DNA of 15,077 nucleotides from an uncultured archaeon (GTDB lineage Archaea; Asgardarchaeota; Heimdallarchaeia; Heimdallarchaeales; Heimdallarchaeaceae): NCBI GenBank assembly GCA_964549075.1, contig CAZJUB010000065.1, positions 1 to 15,077 of the forward strand, read 5' to 3'. Shown piece by piece: positions 7,509 to 15,077 of this stretch (position 1 is its first letter; each line of letters starts with the position of its first letter). The notes under the pieces were generated by a model. It saw only the letters and a program-made list of their open reading frames with translations, ran no database searches and was not told where the DNA came from. The position numbers and the translations under genes were made by a program.

Positions 7509-7557
7509 TTAGGGAGTCCACAAAGGTGGTAAAAATGAATCGTCTCCGTATTTTCAT
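7509..7557 (-). pseudogene. Second micro-peptide copy M-K-(+1 A)-YGDDSFLPPLWTP, apparently frameshifted in an A4 run
   Basis: Minus strand reads ATG AAAA TAC GGA GAC GAT TCA TTT TTA CCA CCT TTG TGG ACT CCC TAA. 8/12 aa identical to the C-terminal part of 5704-5772. Confidence 0.55.
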
Positions 7558-7606
7558 TTATTGGTAAGACTTTTATCTTTTAGTATCTTTAGTTAAATGA
7601 TAGTCT

Positions 7607-8152
7607 ATGAAGAAGAACAATTCGCTTTGGCATCTAATTAAGGCTGGACCCAACCCTCCTGAAGAGATCTATGCTATTATTGAAAATCCTAAAAATAACA
7701 GAAACAAGTACGAACTAGGTAAGGATGGTGTCATATATCTAGATCGCGTCTTACACTCATCAGTTCACTTTCCTGGAGATTATGGACTGATTCCACAGAC
7801 ATATTATGAAGATGGGGATGCTTTAGATATACTAATCCTAATTTCAGAACCAACCTTTACAGGCTGTGTTCTTACTGCTAGACCAATAGGGATGTTGAAG
7901 ATGAAAGATGAGAAAGGACATGATGACAAGATCTTAGCAGTAGCATCAACAGACCCTTTCTTTCAAAATGTCTATAATTTGGATGATGTTTACCCTCATA
8001 CCTTGGATGAAATAGCTGAATTCTTTAAAACCTATAAAGGGCTAGAATACGGGAAAAACGTCGAGGTCGTAGGATGGGATTCTAAAGAAGAAGCTTTTAA
8101 AACCATTAGTCATTCGATGGAACTTTACAATGATTTATTCGAAAATGTCTAA
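7607..8152 (+). CDS. ppa: Family I soluble inorganic pyrophosphatase
   Basis: IENPK..RNKYE, LDRVL, PGDYGLIPQT, DGDALD, DEKGHDDKI, FFKTYK motifs. Confidence 0.97.
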   Translation: MKKNNSLWHLIKAGPNPPEEIYAIIENPKNNRNKYELGKDGVIYLDRVLHSSVHFPGDYGLIPQTYYEDGDALDILILISEPTFTGCVLTARPIGMLKMKDEKGHDDKILAVASTDPFFQNVYNLDDVYPHTLDEIAEFFKTYKGLEYGKNVEVVGWDSKEEAFKTISHSMELYNDLFENV

Positions 8153-8267
8153 GAAAACTCTTGTTATTGAAGTTAACTGCAGATTTTTTGTCATACTGAC
8201 ATATTTATAACACCTGGTTAGCGAAATGATTCATATAATTTAGTTATATTTCAGGTGACTAATTTAG

Positions 8268-10166
8268 ATGAATTTCGAGAAGTGGATAAATGAGAAGGAT
8301 TTAGAGAAAATTAAAGCTCTTAAGAATCCTAAAGTCGAAAAAGTAATTGATGAGTTTCTAACCTTATGCAAACCTGACAAGGCTGTAGTTATTGATGACT
8401 CATCAGAGGATGTTGCTTTTGTTCGCCAAATGGCAATTGATAATGAAGAAGAAATGAAATTAGCGATAGATGGTCATACAGTACATTTTGATGGATACTA
8501 TGACCAAGCAAGGGATAAAGAAAATACTAGATTGCTGGTTCCTGCAGCAGAAAAGGAGAAGTATGGAACACATATCAACATGATAGATCGCGATGAGGGA
8601 TTGGAAGAGATATTAGAGATTATGGATGGAGTAATGAAAGGAAAAACAGCAATAATCAGATTCTTTAGCTTGGGACCAACTAATTCACGATTCTCTCTTT
8701 GTGCTTTGCAAATAACTGATTCTGCTTATGTAGCACATTCAGAAGACCTCTTGTACAGACAAGGTTATGAACAATTTAAAAGATTAGAAGGTTCCGAGGA
8801 TTTCTTCTATTTCATACATTCAGCAGGAGAACTAACAGACAAATACGTTACCAAGAATGTTGATAAAAGAAGAATATATATTGATTTAGTAGAGAATCGT
8901 GTTCTTAGTGTTAATAATCAATACGCTGGTAATAGTTTAGGGTTGAAAAAATTAGCTCTTCGTTTAGCGATTAATAAAGCAGTTCATGAAGATTGGTTGA
9001 CAGAGCACATGTTCATTAGTGCAATATGGCCTTTAGATAAAAGCAGAAAGACATACTTCTTAGGTGCATACCCCAGTGCATGTGGAAAAACAAGCACCGC
9101 AATGGTTCCTGGAAATACTATCGTTGGAGATGATATTGCTTATCTTAGGATCCATGAAGGAGGAGAAGTAAGAGCAGTTAATATAGAAAGAGGAATTTTT
9201 GGAATTATTAAAGATGTTAGTCCCAAAAATGATCCCGTTATTTACAATAGTTTGAAAACTCCCAGAGAAACAATATTTTCAAATGTTCTAGTTTCTGAAG
9301 GTCACACATATTGGTTAGGAATGGGTAATCAAGTATCTATTCCAGATAAAGGTGTTAATTGGACTTCTTCAAAGCTAGGTGAATGGATTGCTGGAAAGTG
9401 TTGTGATGAAGAAGGCAAGGAGTTGAAATTTTCTCATCCAAACGCAAGATATACTCTCAGACTAGAAGAACTAGAAAACGTTGATGAAGCTCTACATGAC
9501 CCACAAGGTGTAGAAGTGTCTGGAATTATCTATGGGGGAAGAGATAGTGATACATCTGTACCTGTATATGAATGCTTTAGCTGGAATCATGGTGTATACG
9601 TGGGAGCTTCTGTTGAATCAGAAACAACAGCAGCAACTTTAGGAAAAGCAGGTGTCAGGAAACATCAACCTATGGCTAACTTAGATTTCATAGTTGTACC
9701 TCTAGGGGAGTATCTTAACGCCCATTTCAATTTTGGTAGTAGAATAACACCAAGCAGACTTCCAAAAATATTCTCTACAAATTACTTCCTGAAAGATGAG
9801 AAAGGAAATTATTATGATGAAATCCTTGATAAGAAAATTTGGTTGCTTTGGGCTGAAGGGAGAGTTCATGGTGAGTACGAAGCAATAGAGACACCAATTG
9901 GACATATTCCAAAATACACTGACTTAGTTAAATTATTCAAAGAAGCTTTCAACATAGAATATGAAAAATCAAGATATGAAGAAGAATTTTCAATTAGAGT
10001 AATAAAGTTTCTAGAGAAGATTGAACGAATGGAGAATATATTCAAAGATGACAAGAATGTTCCTGATTTGTTCTTTGAAGAGTTGAACAAACAAAAGCAG
10101 AGATTGATCGAAGCTGAAAAAGCATACGGAACTGATATTATCTCACCATTCTTATTTGAAACATAA
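8268..10166 (+). CDS. pckG: Phosphoenolpyruvate carboxykinase (GTP)
   Basis: DQAR, QITDSAYV, YAGNSLGLKK, WLTEHM, AYPSACGKTS P-loop, VGDDIA, HPNARY, GGRD motifs. SD GGTGA upstream. Confidence 0.97.
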   Translation: MNFEKWINEKDLEKIKALKNPKVEKVIDEFLTLCKPDKAVVIDDSSEDVAFVRQMAIDNEEEMKLAIDGHTVHFDGYYDQARDKENTRLLVPAAEKEKYGTHINMIDRDEGLEEILEIMDGVMKGKTAIIRFFSLGPTNSRFSLCALQITDSAYVAHSEDLLYRQGYEQFKRLEGSEDFFYFIHSAGELTDKYVTKNVDKRRIYIDLVENRVLSVNNQYAGNSLGLKKLALRLAINKAVHEDWLTEHMFISAIWPLDKSRKTYFLGAYPSACGKTSTAMVPGNTIVGDDIAYLRIHEGGEVRAVNIERGIFGIIKDVSPKNDPVIYNSLKTPRETIFSNVLVSEGHTYWLGMGNQVSIPDKGVNWTSSKLGEWIAGKCCDEEGKELKFSHPNARYTLRLEELENVDEALHDPQGVEVSGIIYGGRDSDTSVPVYECFSWNHGVYVGASVESETTAATLGKAGVRKHQPMANLDFIVVPLGEYLNAHFNFGSRITPSRLPKIFSTNYFLKDEKGNYYDEILDKKIWLLWAEGRVHGEYEAIETPIGHIPKYTDLVKLFKEAFNIEYEKSRYEEEFSIRVIKFLEKIERMENIFKDDKNVPDLFFEELNKQKQRLIEAEKAYGTDIISPFLFET

Positions 10167-10226
10167 ATCACGAAAACAGCAAGAGAAATATTTGTGGGGA
10201 ATAAATAGTTAAGGATAGAGTAAATA

Positions 10227-10451
10227 TTGATTGAATTGATTCTAAGTTACTCTGTAAGAAATGAAAAAGAGAAAAAGAAACTCAACAAATTTGCTCTTAT
10301 CAATTGTATATTTGGAATACCCACAATTATATTCCTAAGTTTCTTAATAGCAAAAGGTTTGCTTGATAATTACCTGATTCTATCTTATAGTGCAATTGTA
10401 GCTCTGAGTTTAGGTATATTTTATTCTGTTTTCAAACTAATAAAAAAATAG
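10227..10451 (+). CDS. Small hypothetical membrane protein (2 predicted TM helices), possibly a fragment
   Basis: Two hydrophobic stretches, basic C-terminus, TTG start only. Confidence 0.4.
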   Translation: MIELILSYSVRNEKEKKKLNKFALINCIFGIPTIIFLSFLIAKGLLDNYLILSYSAIVALSLGIFYSVFKLIKK

Positions 10452-11300
10452 TACAAGAAAAAGAATTTTTTTAGAAAATTAAGTTTCTAGATAAGTGAAA
10501 AACATTTAATAAGTCATTACTGCTTACAAGAATAACTGAATTTTCGAAAAATAAGCCTTACGCCGACAAAAAACGTGAAATTTGATTCTGTAAGCTCTCA
10601 TTCTCGACATACTTAGTTACTCTAGATTATTGTCGGTACTTAATTGAAAGTATAATTTTATCACAAATTGTTAGCTTAATAATATTGATTTAGATTAGAT
10701 AAACAATACTTCGAAAAAACAAGATAGATACAATATGAAAATCCATCTAGAAAAAAACTGATCTCATGCAAATGTAGAAGTAAGAAATTAGTTTTTCATC
10801 GCTAACCAAAAAAAGAATCAACAAAAGGATTTTCTTAAAACATTTGTAACTTAAGAGTACAGCATAATTTAGAAAGCACTGATTCAAATGTATATAAAAT
10901 TAGTTGATATCTTGCCAAAATAATTAATCAAGTATACCTGTCATTGAGTAAAGTAAAGATTTTTGTACATTTGTTAGTAAACAACTTTGATTTCTCATGC
11001 AAAAAATATATCAGGAGAAAATATAGCAGCTACCAAGAAAGAATGGAGTAGGTTTTTTTGTTAAATCCTCACATCACCAATTCATTAACAATTACCTCAT
11101 CTAAATATTGAATATTTCTACTTATTTCAAAATTCTACTAGATTTATAATTAAAAAATAGAACGCTATAAAAATGTATTAAATAGCATCTAAATCAGAAA
11201 ATAGCAAATTTTAAAATACGAATATAATACAATAATAATTCTTCAATTATACGTTGAATTTTTAGAAAATCTTTTATCTCAACTGAATTTTAATATCACA

Positions 11301-11831
11301 ATGTTAGAAGAAATAAGAAGTCTACTTCAGAAAATAGATCAAATAGCTGATTCTGAATCAAGAAGATTGAACGATGAAATAGAAGAGCTAAAAGAAAAGT
11401 TACAAGAGATACAAGATTCAGAAACTAATCTCAGTTCAATCCGGAGTCAAGTTAAGGAGATAACAGAAGAAAATGAAGAACTAAAAAAGGAAGGAAATAG
11501 TTCAAAGGAGAAAATAAAAGAATTGCTACCACTTCAGAAGAAATGTGAAGAGTTGGATAAGCAAGTAAGTAGATTATTATTGAAACAGGAGGGGTATATA
11601 TTTACAATAAAAGTTATATCAAATTGGATTCCAAGTCAAAAAGAAAATATAGATGTATTAGTTGCTCTAGCATCATCACCTGATCATGAGTCAACCTTTG
11701 AATCGCTTCAAGAAAACACAACTATACCAGCAGTCACACTGAAAAATAGGATAATACCAATTTTAGAAGATAACTCACTCGTAAAAGTGAAAAAAAACAA
11801 AATAAAGCTAACAATATCAGAAATAAAATGA
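11301..11831 (+). CDS. Hypothetical protein: N-terminal coiled coil plus C-terminal winged-helix-like domain
   Basis: Heptad E/K/L-rich residues 1-95. C-terminal STFESLQENTTIPAVTLKNRIIPILEDNSLVKVKKNKIKL has an HTH-plus-wing pattern. TATA-like CTTTTATC about 29 nt upstream (leaderless). Confidence 0.8.
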   Translation: MLEEIRSLLQKIDQIADSESRRLNDEIEELKEKLQEIQDSETNLSSIRSQVKEITEENEELKKEGNSSKEKIKELLPLQKKCEELDKQVSRLLLKQEGYIFTIKVISNWIPSQKENIDVLVALASSPDHESTFESLQENTTIPAVTLKNRIIPILEDNSLVKVKKNKIKLTISEIK

Positions 11832-11896
11832 AGATTAAGAAAAAGAGAAAGAACTTACACAAAATTAAATAAGACTAAAAACAAAACTATTCTTAC

Positions 11897-12709
11897 ATGA
11901 AGAAATTATGTAAATCCAAGAAAGGAGTAGCTAATATTATCTCTACCTTGGTTATTTTCACAGTTATGGTAAGTGCGTTAGGGTTAGCTTTTGCGCAGAT
12001 TGTACCATCTCTAGAAAGATTTCAAACCGAAAGTGATCTTACTGCAGCAGTAAATACTTTTTTGTCTTTCGATTCAGAAATCAAAAAACTAACTACCGCA
12101 CCTGAAGATTCATCAAATGTTGTACGATATAATTTAGAGAGTGGAACACTTGATATATCTAGAGAACGTGAAATATTTTTATTATTAAAAACTGGAGGAA
12201 ACAATCTACTTAATCATTCGGTTTACACGGGGGAGGTTACTTACAAACTTGAGGGGAATTTTAAGGGATCAGGAGGAGCAATATATGATTTTGGAAGTCC
12301 TCTTCTAATGGTCTATTCTGCTAATAGAACCACACAAATGACAAATATAATACATCAATCCTTTAATGGCTATAAACTACTAAAATTATACTATAGTCTA
12401 TTTGTTAATGTGGAAATAACAACTGCCAATGAATTAGAAGTTAATTTTATTATAATACATCTAAATACTACTAGAACTGAAGGAGGACAAGGTGAATACT
12501 TCCCTATAATTAATGATGCTACAATGGTTAAAATTTCCAAAATAAACCAATATGTTGAAACTTTTGATCTTGGAACTCAAGAAGATGATTTGAGTATAAT
12601 AGCTAGTACTTTAGGATTCTCACAATTGATTGAATATCCAATAGCACCAGCAGTATTTGACTTAACCTTAAATCTTATACATATAGAAATCGATTTTAGT
12701 ACAGTATAA
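11897..12709 (+). CDS. Archaeal type IV pilin/archaellin-like protein with class III signal peptide
   Basis: MKKLCKSKKG|VANIISTLVIFTVMVSALGLAF: basic leader ending in KKG followed by a hydrophobic helix. Beta-rich C-terminal region. Confidence 0.75.
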   Translation: MKKLCKSKKGVANIISTLVIFTVMVSALGLAFAQIVPSLERFQTESDLTAAVNTFLSFDSEIKKLTTAPEDSSNVVRYNLESGTLDISREREIFLLLKTGGNNLLNHSVYTGEVTYKLEGNFKGSGGAIYDFGSPLLMVYSANRTTQMTNIIHQSFNGYKLLKLYYSLFVNVEITTANELEVNFIIIHLNTTRTEGGQGEYFPIINDATMVKISKINQYVETFDLGTQEDDLSIIASTLGFSQLIEYPIAPAVFDLTLNLIHIEIDFSTV

Positions 12710-12788
12710 GTGAGAATTTCTATTCTTTTTGTTTTTCTTTGATGAAGCTAAAGGTAGAATTTATATTTAATCCAGATAATGTAATGTT

Positions 12789-12866
12789 TAGCGAAGTTTT
12801 CTCGTGTGGGATTTGACTTATGGTATATTACCTTGAATGATATTCTCATCTCGAAACTTCGCTACT
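12789..12866 (+). ncRNA. Candidate K-turn hairpin sRNA (H/ACA-like architecture)
   Basis: 11-bp stem TAGCGAAGTTT/AAACTTCGCTA, internal loop, stem GTGGGA/TCTCAT, tandem GA motif TTGA/ATGAT. TATA TTTATAT at 12760-66 and T-tract at 12870-75. Confidence 0.5.
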
Positions 12867-12926
12867 ATGTTTTTTAATGAATAAATTCATAAATGCACAA
12901 ATATCAATCCTTAATGGTTGAAAACT

Positions 12927-13715
12927 ATGGACCAGATAATTAAGTTAAAAGAAGTCACAAAAAAATTTCAGCTTTTCTGGGAAGAAATAGTTATTTTTGA
13001 TAAAATAAACCTAGAAATTGAAAGAAATGAATTAGTATTATTTTATGGTCCTAGTGGAAGTGGTAAAACAACACTACTTAATTTAATTACAGGATTATTA
13101 TTACCAGATGAAGGCGAAATACAAGTAGCAGGATTGTATCTAGATCTTATTCCTGAAAAAGATAAAGCTGATTTTAGGTCTAATTATCTTGGTATTGTAT
13201 TTCAGGAAAATAACCTTGTTTCGACATTAACCGTTACAGAAAATATTGTTTTATTTCAGGAATTATGTGAGTATGAAAGTGAAGATAAGCAAGAAAGAAT
13301 AGATGAATTGCTTACAAAACTGGGGATTGATCATAGAAAAGATAGCTTTCCTGCTCAATTAAGTGGGGGAGAAAAGAAAAGAATAGCAATAGCAAGAGCT
13401 TTATCCACCAATCCTTATGTGTTAATACTAGATGAACCTACAGGAAATTTAGATAGAGAATCAGCAGATGATTTATGTAATCTAGTAGAAGAACTATTTT
13501 TGACAACAGATATTACAATAATTGTAGCTTCGCATGACCAAAAAATGAAAGATATTGCTACAAAAATTTACAAAGTAGGATCAAAAAATGTTCAACTAGA
13601 AGAAGAGTATCTAGAAAGAAGAAAGAAGGAAGATATAGAATATCGCCCAATTTCTACATTGGAGAGAGAAGAAGACTATTTTTTTGATGACGAGTTATTA
13701 ATAGAAGAAGACTAG
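12927..13715 (+). CDS. ABC transporter ATP-binding protein (LolD/MacB/FtsE-like)
   Basis: Walker A GPSGSGKTT, Q-loop GIVFQ, signature LSGGE, Walker B LILDEPTGNLD, H-loop ASHD, acidic tail. Start ATG 12927 (or TTG 12918). Confidence 0.95.
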   Translation: MDQIIKLKEVTKKFQLFWEEIVIFDKINLEIERNELVLFYGPSGSGKTTLLNLITGLLLPDEGEIQVAGLYLDLIPEKDKADFRSNYLGIVFQENNLVSTLTVTENIVLFQELCEYESEDKQERIDELLTKLGIDHRKDSFPAQLSGGEKKRIAIARALSTNPYVLILDEPTGNLDRESADDLCNLVEELFLTTDITIIVASHDQKMKDIATKIYKVGSKNVQLEEEYLERRKKEDIEYRPISTLEREEDYFFDDELLIEED

Positions 13716-13728
13716 GAGAGAAATGTAA

Positions 13729-15030
13729 ATGATAGGTCAAGTTAGATTCGCTTGGATAAATTTCAAGAGGTCTATTTTGACTTCGGTTTTTTCATCTGTT
13801 GGACTAATTGTAACCTATTCAGCAATTGTTTTTAGTATAGCAATGTATTCAATAGTAGATCCCTATCTTTACTGGTCTATTTCAAATACATATTATAAAT
13901 CATATTCGTGGATGGGAATTGTCTTCGTTATTGTTAGTATAATAATAGGTGGAGTTGTTACAACAAGATCTATTGATTTGAAATTTCAGAACCAGAAAGA
14001 CGACATTGCTATAATGAAAAACGTGGGAGGAAAAAACAAATGGATATACAGTTATTTCATTTTCAACCAAATCATCACTTCAATAATAATGCTCATACTT
14101 GGAGTTATTCTAGCTTTAATTATATTAGCTATAGTATTTTTCTCAGCAAATTTTGGTTTTCTACTTGAAAATGTCAAATTTATTCCAGTGCTAGGTGCTA
14201 ATATTGGAATACTGCTAATTGCATATCTAAAATCACATTATACCATTCTTAAATTTATTAGCGAAAAAAATTTTGAAGTTTCATCAGGAAAATTAAGTAA
14301 TTATAAAAGTATATTTGAATTCAATGGAATAATTTCAAAACTAAAAACAACATCAAAACTAGCAACAAAGAATTACATAAGATCAGGAAAGATTATTGCA
14401 AGCTTATTATTTAGCTTCTTTCTAGCCTTTTCGATAATATCTTTTGCATTGGGACCAGTGTCAATAAATGAAACCTATGTTCATCAAATGAATAATAGAT
14501 TTAATGATGCAACGTATGTCATTGGTCAGGATAATATGATAGACTATTATGGTGTGAACCTTGGTGCACAGCCATATAGTAACTCGTCTTTTACAGGAAA
14601 TTCGACAGGAGATATAGAGTTTTTTAATAGTTTGGCTATAAATAGTAGTTTAATTGATGATCTTCAAAATAACGGAATAGAATTTCAGGAATATATAATT
14701 ACGAAACTTCTAGTAAGAGAAATAACTGGTTTATGGGTAGATGATTCAGGATACCCTGTGTCAATTGGAGACAACAGAACCTTCTATGCTACAGTAATTG
14801 GTTGTAAAGTGTTCCCAATCTATGAAAATATAATAATTTGGGGAGAAGAGCCAAATAATGGAGAAGTTATAATAGGTGAATCCTTGGATACTGCTATGTT
14901 TGAAGAAAGTAGTGTTCAAAAAATTAAGATAACAGAAGAATCAAATAACTACGATATTAGTGGAGTGATCAGAGATACATTCTGTGCAGGTTTCTCAGTT
15001 TATATTTCATTCAACCAACTTAAATCTTAA
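13729..15030 (+). CDS. FtsX/MacB-like ABC transporter permease, possibly truncated by a premature stop
   Basis: Multiple TM helices, DIAIMKNVGG FtsX-type motif, extracytoplasmic MacB-like domain (GEVIIGESL). Directly follows the ATPase with SD GGAG. The frame stays open after TAA to the window end. Confidence 0.85.
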   Translation: MIGQVRFAWINFKRSILTSVFSSVGLIVTYSAIVFSIAMYSIVDPYLYWSISNTYYKSYSWMGIVFVIVSIIIGGVVTTRSIDLKFQNQKDDIAIMKNVGGKNKWIYSYFIFNQIITSIIMLILGVILALIILAIVFFSANFGFLLENVKFIPVLGANIGILLIAYLKSHYTILKFISEKNFEVSSGKLSNYKSIFEFNGIISKLKTTSKLATKNYIRSGKIIASLLFSFFLAFSIISFALGPVSINETYVHQMNNRFNDATYVIGQDNMIDYYGVNLGAQPYSNSSFTGNSTGDIEFFNSLAINSSLIDDLQNNGIEFQEYIITKLLVREITGLWVDDSGYPVSIGDNRTFYATVIGCKVFPIYENIIIWGEEPNNGEVIIGESLDTAMFEESSVQKIKITEESNNYDISGVIRDTFCAGFSVYISFNQLKS

Positions 15031-15077
15031 ATATCAGCTACAGGTAGTAATTTAATAACGTTAGGAGAATTAAACTC

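Noticed and set aside
5734-7547. Transposon or MITE with terminal inverted repeats around the TPR gene
   Set aside because: No transposase or target-site duplication seen; the mismatches fall largely at synonymous codon positions, favouring peptide coding. Not fully excluded.
7535-7567. Plus-strand mini-ORF MNRLRIFIYW with AGGTGG SD-like motif
   Set aside because: The AGGTGG is simply the complement of the Pro-Pro codons of the minus-strand peptide copy, and the ORF has no counterpart in the other copy.
9702-10171. Minus-strand ORFs 9702-9905 and 9866-10171
   Set aside because: Antisense shadows of pckG.
12022-12204. 60-aa minus-strand ORF
   Set aside because: Antisense shadow of the pilin-like gene.
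12789-12866. SECIS element interpretation of the GA-quartet hairpin
   Set aside because: No upstream gene with a plausible in-frame Sec TGA; the hairpin has its own TATA and T-tract.
1-15077. CRISPR array, tRNA, 5S or 16S rRNA
   Set aside because: No regularly spaced repeats, cloverleaf or SSU/5S signatures found by eye.

Overview
AT-rich archaeal window; an Asgard/Heimdallarchaeia-like origin is my inference from rRNA signatures and gene content, not established. The main feature is a stand-alone 23S rRNA gene (about 1292-5516) with no adjacent 16S or 5S. It sits inside a bulge-helix-bulge (BHB) processing stem and is interrupted by three BHB/BHL-type introns: 3188-3869 (encodes a two-motif LAGLIDADG homing endonuclease), 4515-4882 (ORF-less, at the peptidyl-transferase centre) and 5032-5182 (small, highly structured). 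Other genes: Zn-ribbon protein, cdd, a 526-aa TPR-like protein, ppa, GTP-dependent PEP carboxykinase, a coiled-coil/winged-helix protein, a class III signal peptide pilin-like protein, and a LolD/MacB-type ABC ATPase plus FtsX-like permease. The most novel signal is absent from the ORF track: the TPR-like gene is flanked on both sides, in inverted orientation, by two homologous micro-ORFs with the motif GDxxxLPPxWTP*, which differ at synonymous sites and share a downstream TCTCC+T-tract. This suggests an undescribed peptide/TPR-receptor module. Two candidate K-turn-containing small RNAs (61-130, 12789-12866) are also present.
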